This document shows, piece after piece, positions 10,282-20,077 of a DNA stretch of 64,000 bases. A program made the translations under genes and the position numbers. The number at the start of each line of letters is the position of its first letter. The first letter of the stretch is position 1. This stretch comes from an uncultured bacterium (lineage in GTDB: Bacteria > Verrucomicrobiota > Verrucomicrobiia > Limisphaerales > UBA8199), in assembly GCA_963749495.1 (NCBI GenBank), contig CAVVMW010000001.1:608001-672000 (forward strand), given 5' to 3'. The notes below the pieces were generated by a model that did no database searches, was not told where the DNA came from, and saw only the letters and a program-made list of their open reading frames with translations.

Positions 10282-11850
10282 ACCTTATCGTGGCCACCAC
10301 CGGCGCCCAGGAGATGTGCTGGAGCGCCTTTTGCAGCGAGGGGAAGGAATCGGGGGCGGGGAGTCTGGCGGTGTTGACAATCTGGACCTCCGCCAGGTCG
10401 GCCCTCGTTTTCAACCGCTGGAGCAGCGGCTGGTAGCGCCGGTAATAATCGAATTGGGTCAGGATGAGCCTGGCCGGCTTGAGCGCGGTCAGCCCGTCCC
10501 AGTCGGCGCTGGGCCGGCCCCGTTCGGGCGGCTCCATCCAGTCGGAGTGGATGCACTTGAGTTGGCTGTGCCGGGCCGCCTCGTAGAGGTAGGCGGAGGA
10601 GAGCACGGCCGTGCTGCCGGCGGCGCAGCTCTTCAACTCGGCCCGGACATGCCGGAGGGCCGAGGGGTAGCCGGCATCGGCCGCGCAGGCCACGCCCCAG
10701 GTGCTCATCCCGATCGCCCGGATGGAACCGATGGCCGCCAACGCCAGGAAGAGCCACGCACAGGCCGCAAGCCGCCGGGGCTGCCAAGGCCGCGCCGCCG
10801 CCAGCGCCAGGCACCCCCCCACAATCAGCGGCTGCAGCGGCCCCACAAACTGGACCGAGCTTGGGGCCAACAGGAACAGCGACGCCCCCACGACAGCCAG
10901 CGCGGCCAAGGTTGACGCAGCGGTCACCGTGCTTGCCTCCCATTCGTCGCAGGCGGCACCGGCGCCTGAAATCCGATCGGATTTCAAATGCTGCGTTTCC
11001 TGTGAGGTAGTTCGGCTCCGGCAGCTCAGCACCCACGGCAAGAGTACGGCCGCCGCCGGGATTCCCGGCGCGTTGCGCGCAATCTTGAGGGCCTCGTGCA
11101 GCCGGGGCCATCGCCAGCCGGTGAGCGAGGGCGTTTGCCGAGCATGCTCCATGAACCCGGCCCACACGTGCGGAAAGCCCAGCGCCACCATCCCCGCCAA
11201 CGCCGCCGGCACGGCCGCCATCGCCACCATGGGCCCAACGGGCAAACGCGCGCCCCGCGACAGGCCCTGCCCGAGCATCCCCAGCCAGAGCAACAGCGAA
11301 TAGAGCGCCCCCAACTGCAGGCTCGTGGCAGAAGCCAGGATAGCCAAACCCGCCGCCCAGACCGGCCGGCCACAGACCCAGCAGTACACCGCCCCGATGC
11401 CCAACAAATGGGCCAATGAATCCGGCCGATCATGGAAGGTCATCACGAGCAGAAACGCCCCCGCGATTCCGGCCGCCCAAGCCGGCGCCCTTAGGCGGCG
11501 AAGCAGGCCCAGCAACAGCAGCATATAGCCGCCGAACAACACCAGGTGCAGCGCCATCGCCGCAATGACCGACGTGCCAAACACCCACATCCACCCCGCC
11601 AACACCCCCTGGTAGAGGGGCGGGTAGGCGCAGAACATCTCCGTCCCCAGATCGGCAGGGCCGGCGCCAGCGCCGGGTTCGCGTATTTGCCGTGCAACAG
11701 CAGATTCACGACCGGGCCGTCGTAGAAAAAGGAATCGTTCGCCGGGACCGGCAAGGCCGCAAAAACCAGCAATGCGAGTTTCCACAGGAAGACCGCTGCA
11801 AATACAGCGCCCGGCCTGGCAAACAGACCCTTTGAAACGGGACTCGTCAC
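10193..11850 (-). CDS. Polytopic membrane protein, ArnT/GT-C-like glycosyltransferase (frameshift near 11648)
   Basis: The first TM is followed by NDSFFYDGP, then YPPLY and HDRPD loops and many TM helices; split over ORFs 11491..11850 and 10193..11956. Confidence 0.6.
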
Positions 11851-11952
11851 TGTCCGTCAGGGTTTTCAAACGGGATTGGCTTGTCAATGGCCAATCCCCT
11901 TGGCTACTTTCCAGGGGTGTACTCGGGCAGGACCACCGTGCGAACGAACTCC

Positions 11953-12134
11953 CCATGAACCGGCTCCAAGTCCGAAGGTTTTGGACTGCGCCAGTCCTCT
12001 GGCGCTTTTTGTACCCTGGGGACGCGAAAGCGGCAGAGGACTGCCGCAGTCCAAAACGCTTCGCGTCGGGCGGCGCCCGCCCAGTCCAAGGTCCGCATGC
12101 GCGACCTCAAGATCGTGGAGGTTCTCCATGAACC
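11953..12134. repeat. CCATGAACC-bounded element carrying a TTTTGGACTGCG...CGCAGTCCAAAA palindrome
   Basis: CCATGAACC at 11953 and 12126. The palindrome at 11976-12060 also occurs at 7280-7312 (half), 40354-40432 and 61730-61817. Confidence 0.8.
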
Positions 12135-13576
12135 CCTCCGCCTCCGTCCCCCTGTGCGTGGATCTCGATGGCACGGTGAGCCGGACGGACCTGTTCTGGG
12201 AATCGCTTGTGCGATTGCTCCGGCGCAACCCGTTCTACGCATTGCTGGCGCTGGTGTGGTGGCTGCGCGGGCGGGCCTGGCTCAAGCGCCAGGTCGCCGC
12301 TCGCATCGAGCTGGACGTCTCTTCACTCCCGTATCACAAGCCGTTTCTCGAGTATCTCCGGGCGCAACGGGCCCAAGGCCGCCCTATCTTCCTGGTTACC
12401 GCCTCGGACTTCAGGTTGGCCCAGGCAGTGGCCCGGCACCTGGGCTTGTTCACGGACGTGCTGGCCAGCGAGGGGCGCGTCAACCTGCGTGGCAAGGCCA
12501 AAGCCGCCCGGCTCGTCGAGCGTTTTGGCGCGCGCGGGTTCGATTATGCGGGCAACTCCGCAGTCGATCTGCCGGTTTGGGCGCAGGCCCGTGAGGCCCT
12601 GGTCGTCAATGCCTCGGCGGGGCTTGCCGCCCGGGCGGCGCAATGCTCGACCGTGAGCCGCGTCTTCGATTCCCCGGGCTCCGGGTGGCGCGCCGCGCTG
12701 CGCGCCTTGCGCCCGCATCAGTGGGTGAAGAACCTCATCGTGTTCGTGCCGCTGGTGACCTCGCACAACATCACCTCGCCCTCATTGGTCCTGGCTGCGG
12801 TCTGGGCCTTCGCCGCCTTGAGCCTTTGCGCCTCGGGCGTCTATGTCCTGAACGACCTGCTGGATGTCGAGGCGGACCGGCGCCACCCGGCCAAGCTCTG
12901 GCGCCCGTTCGCCGCCGGGGCGCTGCCCTTGCCTGTGGGGCTGGCGGCAGCCCCGCTGCTGCTGGCGGCGGGGCTTGTGCTGGCCTGGGACCTTGCCCCG
13001 GCGCTGGCCGGCGTGCTGGGCATCTACCTGGTTCTGACGACCAGTTATTCGTGGCGCTTGAAACAGGTGGCGCTGCTCGATGTCTTCTGCCTGGCCGCGC
13101 TTTACACCCTCCGCCTGATCGCCGGGCACGCGTCCACGCACGTCGCCTATTCGTCCTGGTTGCTGGTATTTTCCATGTTCATCTTCCTGAGCCTGGCGCT
13201 GCTCAAGCGGTTCGTGGAGCTGGACTCCGCCCGCCAGCAGAACCGGCCCGCCATCGGCGGCCGCGGCTACGTGGCCGGGGACGCCGAGTTGGTGGCGATG
13301 CTGGGCCTGGTCACCGGCTGCCTGGCGGTGCTGGTGCTCGCCCTCTATGTCGAGAACAGCCAGCAGGCCACGGTGCTCTACCGCCACCCGTTGCTCTTGC
13401 TGCTGATCTGCCCGCTGCTCCTCTATTGGATCAGCCGGGCCTGGATGCTCGCCCATCGTGGACAGGTACACGATGACCCGATCGTCTTCGCCCTCAAAGA
13501 TAGGACCAGCTATGTCGTCGGCCTTCTGACCATGGCAATCATCTGGCTGGCGACCGCGCGGGTGGGAGGGGGTTGA
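12128..13576 (+). CDS. HAD phosphatase-UbiA prenyltransferase fusion (polyprenyl-phosphate phosphoribosyltransferase-like)
   Basis: DLDGT HAD motif; RPHQWVKN, NDLLD..DRRHP.K..RPFA and HDDPIVFALKD motifs; GGAGG RBS. Confidence 0.9.
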   Translation: MNPSASVPLCVDLDGTVSRTDLFWESLVRLLRRNPFYALLALVWWLRGRAWLKRQVAARIELDVSSLPYHKPFLEYLRAQRAQGRPIFLVTASDFRLAQAVARHLGLFTDVLASEGRVNLRGKAKAARLVERFGARGFDYAGNSAVDLPVWAQAREALVVNASAGLAARAAQCSTVSRVFDSPGSGWRAALRALRPHQWVKNLIVFVPLVTSHNITSPSLVLAAVWAFAALSLCASGVYVLNDLLDVEADRRHPAKLWRPFAAGALPLPVGLAAAPLLLAAGLVLAWDLAPALAGVLGIYLVLTTSYSWRLKQVALLDVFCLAALYTLRLIAGHASTHVAYSSWLLVFSMFIFLSLALLKRFVELDSARQQNRPAIGGRGYVAGDAELVAMLGLVTGCLAVLVLALYVENSQQATVLYRHPLLLLLICPLLLYWISRAWMLAHRGQVHDDPIVFALKDRTSYVVGLLTMAIIWLATARVGGG

Positions 13577-13602
13577 AATGAACGGCCCATCATGCACCGC
13601 GT

Positions 13603-13873
13603 TGCGGCCCAAAGGGCCGCCGGAACCTAGCCCAGGGCTGAGCGCATCCCGACACTGCCCCCACCGCCGCGGGCCGGAGCGGAGTGCGCCCGTCCTCGGG
13701 CGCAGCGACGTCCGCAGTCAGGGCAGCGGTCAAACCCTCCTGCGCGCCTGCCCGCTCCGTCGCTGCTGCGCCCGAGGACGGGCGCACCCCGGGGCCAGCG
13801 TCAGGATGCGCCTCCCTGGGCATCGGCCTGGCGGCCTCAGCCCTGGGCTGGATTCTCCCGGCCCTTCGGGCCG
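13603..13873. repeat. Triple-nested palindromic elements
   Basis: AGCCCAGGGCTGAG-family arms enclose a GCGCATCC..GAC.CTG IR, which encloses a GAGTGCGCCCGTCCTCGGGCGCAGC palindrome (13682-13790). Confidence 0.8.
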
Positions 13874-13922
13874 GACATTGAGGCATTTCGAGGAGAAACC
13901 GGAGCTTTCCAACTGATTCCTG

Positions 13923-15775
13923 ATGTGCGTCCCCGCTCACTCCTGGTATCACGATACCGTCTCGGCGCTGGCCTATTCGCTGGGCCAGGTCCACGCGGAG
14001 CAGGGCATGGTGGATCTGCAGGCGCCTTACAACGACCTGACTGGCTTTGTGCTGCGGCAGCAGGGGCAGATGCCCGATTACCTGCGCGCTCCCATGCGGG
14101 CGGCCACGCTGGCCTTCGACCTGGCCGGCCTCCTGCGGACGGGACGGCCTTTTCACGCCCAGGCACCGGAGGCGCGCCGGCGGCAGGTCGGCGCCTGGAA
14201 ACGCTCGAGCCTTGGTTTGCGCCGCGACCTGATTCGCTACTACGAGAGCCTGGCGACGCTGGCGCTCTACAGCCGGCAAGTCGAAGGCATCGAGGCTGAG
14301 CTTGCTGCCGCGCCGGCGGTGGAGGCCCCAGGCCCCGCCCCGGGCCGGGTCATTGCCAACCCCCCGCGACCCCTGCGGTGCGCCCTCGCGGTGGTGGGTT
14401 CCGGACCAGGCGGGGCCATCACCGCCTGCCTCCTGGCGGAGGGGGGACGCGATGTCGTGTTGATCGAGGAGGGTCCTTTCCACACGCTGGAATCGTGTGC
14501 GCCCTTCTCGAAGGAGGAGATGCTCCAGAAATACCGCAATGGCGGACAGACCGTAGCGTTTGGCCGGGACAAGGTGGCCTATGTTGAGGGCTGTTGCGTG
14601 GGCGGCGGCAGCGAGATCAACAGCGGCCTCTATTATCGAACGCCCCCGGAGGTGCTCGAGCTTCGGCGCCGGCAATTCCAGGTGGATGCCCTGGCCGAGG
14701 CGGACCTGCGCCCTCATTTCGAGGCCTGCGAACGCGAGGTCTGCGTCTCGCCGCTGCCGGGACCGGCCCCGGCCGCATCGCTCAAGCTCGAAGTTGGCGC
14801 CACGCGGCTGGGCTGGAAGTCGCTCGAAGCGCCGCGCTGGTTCCGCTATGGAGGCGAGGGGAGCGGGCGGCAGTCGATGACCCGAACGTTTGTGCCGCGC
14901 CTGCTGCGGGCGGGCGGGCGGCTCCTGCCGCGCGCGCGCGTCGAGCGGCTGCGGCGTCAGGGGCGCCTTTGGCTGCTGGAGGGCACGCACGCCACCGCCG
15001 GGGCGCTGCGCATCGAGGCGGACACCGTGTTCCTGTGCGGCGGGGCCGTGCAGACGCCGGCGTTGCTCCGCCGCAGCGGCATCACCCGCAACATCGGCAA
15101 TGCGCTCCAACTGCACCCGACTGTGAAAATCGTCGCCAGGTTCCCCGAGCCGGTCAATGCGGCGGACATGGGTGTGCCGGTCCACCAGGTCAAAGAGTTT
15201 GCGCCACGGCTCAGTTTCGGCTGCTCGGTGAGCACGCCCCCCTACCTGGCGCTGGGACTGCTGGATCATCCCTCCGCCGCGGCAGAGGTCCGCAGTGGCT
15301 GGACCCGAATGGCCAATTACTACGCCATGATCACACCCAGGGGCGCGGCACCGTCCGCCTCCTGGGCCGGTTCCGCGACCCGCTGGTGCGCTATCAACTG
15401 ACCGAAGCGGACCGGCGCAACCTGGCGGACGGCCTTCGAAAGCTGGCCGAGTTGCTCTTTTCCGCCGGGGCGGTCGCCCTTTATCCCGGCCTGCCGGGCA
15501 GCCCGCCGCTGCTCTCGCCCAGCGCCCTCAGTCAATTGCCCGGCCAACTGCCGATTGGCCGGGCCAGCCTCATGACCATTCACCTCTTCTCCTCGTGTCC
15601 TTTGGGAGAAGACAAACAGCGGTGCGCCGCCGATTCCTTCGGCCGCGTACACGGCTTCCAGGACCTCCTCATCAACGATGCCAGCCTCCTGTGTACCGCC
15701 CCCGGTGTCAATCCCCAGGGCTCGATCATGGCCCTGGCGCGGCGCAATGTGCTGCAGTTCCTCGGCAAGGGGTAG
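13923..15775 (+). CDS. GMC family FAD oxidoreductase (frameshift near 15340)
   Basis: GSGPGG, GCCVGGGSEINSG, HLFSSC and GVNPQGSIMALA motifs; split over ORFs 13923..15401 and 14594..15775. Confidence 0.85.
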
Positions 15776-15789
15776 CCCGGAAACTAATT

Positions 15790-15950
15790 CAACCACGGAT
15801 GAACACGGATAGACACGGATGTGCGGGAGGGTCGAGGGTCGAGGGTCGAGGGGGCCCAGCAGGCTTGCCCCTCGACCCTCGACCCTCGACCCTCCACCCT
15901 CCACCCTCGACTCTCGACCCTCGACCCTCGACCCTCGACCCTCGACCCTC
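15790..15950. repeat. Nonamer (ACACGGAT..) plus inverted heptamer arrays (TCGAGGG)n/(CCCTCGA)n
   Basis: Directly visible. Confidence 0.9.
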
Positions 15951-17004
15951 GGCCCTTCGGCTGGTCCTTGTCACCGGCGCGCTGGGCTGGGTGGGGTCGC
16001 GGCTGGTGGAGATTCTCCTCGGTGGTCTGCCCGAGTGCGAGGCCTTCCGGGAGCCGCGCCGGGATTTGCGCATTCGTTGCCTGGTCCTGCCGGGCCAGGA
16101 TCCGGCGGTGCTGCAGCGCCTCTCCGAGCGCATCGAGGTGGTCAAGGGCGACCTTCGGGACCCCGCCGACTGCGCCCGTTTCTGTCGCCAGGCGCAGGGC
16201 GCCGTGCTCTTCCACACGGCGGGCCTGGTCCACCCGCGCCGTATCGCGGAGCTTTACGAAGTCAATGTTCGGGGCACCCGCCAATTGCTCGATGCCGCCG
16301 CCGCCGGCGGCGTCAGGCGCGCCGTTGTGGTCTCCTCCAACTCGCCCTGCGGCTGCAACCCGCACCCCGACCATCTGTTCGACGAGCTTTCGCCCTATCA
16401 CCCTTGCATGAACTACGGCCGCTCGAAGATGCAGATGGAGCTTGCGGTCAACGAGCGGCAGCAGAGGGGCGGCATCGAAACCGTCCTGGTCCGCCCGCCC
16501 TGGTTCTACGGCCCCAACCAGCCGCCGCGCCAGACGTTGTTCTTTCGCATGATCCGCCGCGGCAAGGTCCCGCTCGTGGGCTCGGGCGCCAACTTGCGCT
16601 CGATGGCCTACCTCGACAACCTCTGCCAGGGATTGCTCCAGGCGGCGGCGGTCCAGCGCGCCAACGGCCGGACCTATTGGATAGCCGACCGGCGGCCTTA
16701 CTCGATGAACGAGATCATTCAAACGGTCGAGCGGTTGCTCGAGGGCGAGTTCGGCCGGCCCTGTGCGCACAAGCGCCTGAGGCTGCCAGGGTTTGCCGGC
16801 TCGCTCGCGTTCGTTGCCGACGCGGCATTGCAGGGGCTTGGCTTATACAATCAGAAGATCCATGTTTTGTCCGAGATGAACAAGACCATTGCCTGCTCGA
16901 TTGCGCGGGCGGAACGGGAATTGGGCTACCGGCCCGCCATCGAACTGGAAGAAGGGATGCGCCGCTCGCTGGCCTGGTGCCTCCAGCGGGGGATGGAGGT
17001 GTAG
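15799..17004 (+). CDS. NAD-dependent epimerase/dehydratase (extended SDR) with a repeat-derived N-terminus
   Basis: TGALGWVG and YGRSK motifs. Confidence 0.85.
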   Translation: MNTDRHGCAGGSRVEGRGGPAGLPLDPRPSTLHPPPSTLDPRPSTLDPRPSALRLVLVTGALGWVGSRLVEILLGGLPECEAFREPRRDLRIRCLVLPGQDPAVLQRLSERIEVVKGDLRDPADCARFCRQAQGAVLFHTAGLVHPRRIAELYEVNVRGTRQLLDAAAAGGVRRAVVVSSNSPCGCNPHPDHLFDELSPYHPCMNYGRSKMQMELAVNERQQRGGIETVLVRPPWFYGPNQPPRQTLFFRMIRRGKVPLVGSGANLRSMAYLDNLCQGLLQAAAVQRANGRTYWIADRRPYSMNEIIQTVERLLEGEFGRPCAHKRLRLPGFAGSLAFVADAALQGLGLYNQKIHVLSEMNKTIACSIARAERELGYRPAIELEEGMRRSLAWCLQRGMEV

Positions 17005-17007
17005 CGC

Positions 17008-18045
17008 GTGAACTCGCTTCATCACCTGGTCACGGGCGGTTCGGGTTTTCTGGGCAACCTGATTGCGCGGCGGTTGCTCGAGCGCGGCGAGCGGGTCACC
17101 GTGCTGGACATCTGGGAAGACCCGACCCGGCCCAAGGAAATCCAATTCGTCCGCTGCAACGTCCGCGACCGCGAGGGGCTGATTCGGGCCATGCGCGGGG
17201 TCGAGGTCGTGCACCACAACGCCGCCCTGGTGCCGCTGACCAAGTCCGGCAAGAAGTTCCGCCAGGTCAACGTCGAGGGCAGCCGCATCGCGGCCGAGGC
17301 CGCGGCGCAGGCAGGGGTGCGGGCCTTCATTCACATGAGTTCCTCGGCCATCTTCGGCGCGCCCAGCGAGTGTCCCATCACCGACGCCACGCCCTTCGGG
17401 CCGGCAGAGGTCTATGGACGGGCCAAACTTTCGGGCGAGTTGGCCGTCCGCGAGGTGTCCACCCGGACCGGCCTGCCCCTGATCGTCATCCGGCCCCGGA
17501 CCATCCTGGGGGAGGGCCGCCTGGGCATCTTCCAGATCCTCTTCGAGTGGATTCGCCAAGGGCGCAATGTCTATGTCATCGGTCCCGGCACCGGCCTCTT
17601 CCAATTCGTCCACGCGCACGACCTGATGGATGCCTATCTCCTGGCCCTGGACCACGCCCAGCCCGGCGTCTATAACGTCGGCGCACAGCGGTTTGGCTCC
17701 GTGCGGCAGGCCCTGGAGAATCTCATCGGCTCCGTCGGCTCGGGCTCGAAGGTCAGGTCGCTCCCCACGGGCCTCACGATGGCCTCGTTGCGCGCCCTGG
17801 ACTGGCTCGGGCTCAGCCCGCTCGCCCCGTGGCATTATCTCACCTACCACAAACCGTTCTATTTCGACATCTCCAGGCTCCTGGCGATGGGCTGGAAACC
17901 GCGCTATTCGAACGACGAGATGTTCCTCGAGAGCTACCACTGGTTTCTGGCCAACTACGACCGCCTGGCTGCCGCCACGGCCGGCTCGCCCCATCGCCGC
18001 CCCGTGCGCCAGGGCCTGCTCTGGCTGCTCAAGAAGCTTTCGTGA
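17008..18045 (+). CDS. NAD-dependent epimerase/dehydratase (3-beta-HSD-like extended SDR)
   Basis: TGGSGFLG and YGRAK motifs. Confidence 0.9.
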   Translation: MNSLHHLVTGGSGFLGNLIARRLLERGERVTVLDIWEDPTRPKEIQFVRCNVRDREGLIRAMRGVEVVHHNAALVPLTKSGKKFRQVNVEGSRIAAEAAAQAGVRAFIHMSSSAIFGAPSECPITDATPFGPAEVYGRAKLSGELAVREVSTRTGLPLIVIRPRTILGEGRLGIFQILFEWIRQGRNVYVIGPGTGLFQFVHAHDLMDAYLLALDHAQPGVYNVGAQRFGSVRQALENLIGSVGSGSKVRSLPTGLTMASLRALDWLGLSPLAPWHYLTYHKPFYFDISRLLAMGWKPRYSNDEMFLESYHWFLANYDRLAAATAGSPHRRPVRQGLLWLLKKLS

Positions 18046-18093
18046 TAGCCAATAGCCGATAGCCAATAGCCAATAGCCAATAGCCAGATAGCC
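18045..18093. repeat. Heptamer array (ATAGCCA/G)n; inverted partner at 18705-18726
   Basis: About seven units directly after the stop codon; TTGGCTATTGGCTATTTGCTAT downstream of the next gene. Confidence 0.9.
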
Positions 18094-18108
18094 GAACAAA
18101 CCCCGCAC

Positions 18109-18687
18109 ATGTCAAAATACACAAAATTCGAGGAGTTGCCCGTCTGGCAGGAGGCCGCGCGGCTCTACAACCGGGTGCTGGACTTGCTGGAAGAGCCCGG
18201 GGTGCCGCTGACGCCCGGCCTGCGCAACCAGTTGGACCGCGCTGCGCTCTCCGTTTCCAACAACATCGCCGAGGGATTCGAGCGGGTGACGAACAACGAA
18301 TTGCTCAGCTTTTTAGCCATCGCCCGGGGTTCCGGCGGCGAAGTGCGCTCCATGATGGCTGTTGTCAAAGACCGGCCCAAGCTCAAGCCCTACTTCCGGC
18401 ATCTGCGGGAAATCCGCGCGCTGGCGGACTCGTGCGCTCGCCAGCTCACGGCCTGGACTGTCTCCCTGGAGGGGTCGCCCGTGCAGGGCAAGCGGCATCT
18501 TGCCGGGCCGGACCGCGGGCGGCGTGAGGCGGCCGACAAGGCCCGGCGCTTCCGGCTCAACTTCCTGCGCAACCTCAAGCCCAGCCATCCCCTCTACACC
18601 TCGCCCGAGGCGCGCGCTGCCCGGGGAGAGCCGGAGGCGAGCCAAGAACCAACCCCGCCCTCTGAACTACGGCCCAACCAAGGCTGA
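18109..18687 (+). CDS. Four helix bundle protein (23S rRNA IVS protein / bAvd-like fold)
   Basis: FEELPVWQEA...LRNQLDRAALSVSNNIAEGFER...FLAIARGSGGEVRS signature. Confidence 0.9.
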   Translation: MSKYTKFEELPVWQEAARLYNRVLDLLEEPGVPLTPGLRNQLDRAALSVSNNIAEGFERVTNNELLSFLAIARGSGGEVRSMMAVVKDRPKLKPYFRHLREIRALADSCARQLTAWTVSLEGSPVQGKRHLAGPDRGRREAADKARRFRLNFLRNLKPSHPLYTSPEARAARGEPEASQEPTPPSELRPNQG

Positions 18688-18715
18688 ACCACGGCTGCGG
18701 CCCCTTGGCTATTGG

Positions 18716-19099
18716 CTATTTGCTATCTTCTTGGCCCAGGGCCAGCCAGAGCCAGCCGAGTATGAAGCTGAGGCCGCCGATGGGGGTGATGGCGCCCAGC
18801 CAGCGGAGATTGGTCAGGGCGAGCAGGTACAGGGAGCCGGAGAAGCAGACAATGCCGGCGAGAAAGCTGAACCAGGGGCCGCGCTGGAGAGGAACCCGCG
18901 CGGCGAGGATGAAGAGCATGACCGCGTGGATGAAGTGGTAAAAGACCGCCTTTTCCCAGATGGCGGCGGTTTGGTTTTGCGCCAGGACCCGCTTGAGGCT
19001 GTGGGCGCCAAAGGCGCCCAGGGCTACGGCGAGCAACCCGAGCACCGAAGCGATGCGCAGAGCGGCGGAGTTCCCGTGGGACGAACTCGGGCTGTTCAT
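18716..19099 (-). CDS. DUF423 membrane protein
   Basis: AVALGAFGAH, YHFIHA, FSGSLY and GAITPIGG motifs. Confidence 0.9.
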   Translation of the reverse strand: MNSPSSSHGNSAALRIASVLGLLAVALGAFGAHSLKRVLAQNQTAAIWEKAVFYHFIHAVMLFILAARVPLQRGPWFSFLAGIVCFSGSLYLLALTNLRWLGAITPIGGLSFILGWLWLALGQEDSK

Positions 19100-19108
19100 A
19101 CTCGCTCA

Positions 19109-19208
19109 AAGTCCCTTGTGTCCTTTATGTCCCTTTTGTCCCTTGTGTCCCTTCTATCGCCGGGGACAAACTGAAGCGACAAAAGGGACACAAGGGACAT
19201 AAAGGACG
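19109..19208. repeat. Inverted nonamer arrays (GTCCCTT..)n/(..AAGGGAC)n
   Basis: Related array at 45705-45748. Confidence 0.8.
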
Positions 19209-19218
19209 CCATCTGGCC

Positions 19219-20051
19219 CTACTTCTCCTTTTTTTCCGGCGTGGCGGCGGCCTCGGGGACTTGTTTGGCGGCTTTGAGGACATTGTCGGCCGGCACGATG
19301 ATGCCGCTGACATTGCCGGGCTGCACGCCGAACATGCTGGCGGGGCCTCTGCTCTTGAGGGCGCGCATGACGAAGATGCCCAGGGGTTGGCCGTCCAGGG
19401 TAAAGGCCGGGGACCCCAGGCCGGTGAGGGTGGCGCTGGTCTCAGGAACGTAGAACAGGCGCGGTCTGCGGACGATGGCGGAGATGCGCTCGGCAGAGGC
19501 CGAATAAGCGCGGCCGGCGGCGTTGCCGAGGCGATTGAGGGCGAGGACCTGGTCCAGGACCTGGGCCTTGGCGGACTTGGTCAGGTCAAGGGCGGCCATC
19601 GGCGTGGCGGGCTTGGCCTTGGGGCGGACGAAGGCCAGATCCAGGTCTTTGTCCCGCAGCACGACCTCGGCGGGCACCTCGGTGCCGTCTTCGAGGAGGA
19701 TTTTGATGTCGCTCAGTTCGCTCTCCACTTTGAAGCGGGATTCCCCTTCGGGCATCATGTTCTGGACCATCAGGCCCGGGTCGGTGGCGGAGAGCGAGAG
19801 CACGGTGAGGCCCAGGGGTCGATGACGGTGCCGGTGGCATCCTGGCGCGACTCGGTGGATTGGCCGCCCATGCCCATGCCGTTCATCGTGATCTTGAGGA
19901 CCAACTCGACCGTGACGACGGCTTGCTGGTTGTTCTTGAAAATGGCGCGGCCTTTGTCGGCCAACTCATCGGCGCGCGAGGCAATGGCCGCAAAGGCCAG
20001 CGCCAGGCAGAGAGCAATCGGGCTGGTTTTTCGCATCAACAGGTTGGACAT
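19219..20051 (-). CDS. Secreted trypsin-like fold protein, probably non-catalytic (frameshift near 19814)
   Basis: Signal peptide, ATGTVIDP, DKDLDLAFVR; canonical His and GNSGG are missing. Confidence 0.7.
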
Positions 20052-20077
20052 AGAATCCCTTTCAGGCATGGTTTTGC

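Noticed and set aside
18109..18687. Diversity-generating retroelement (Avd-like gene)
   Set aside because: No reverse transcriptase and no TR/VR pair with adenine-specific differences. The 56-bp repeat at 7410/8405 differs by a single G/T.
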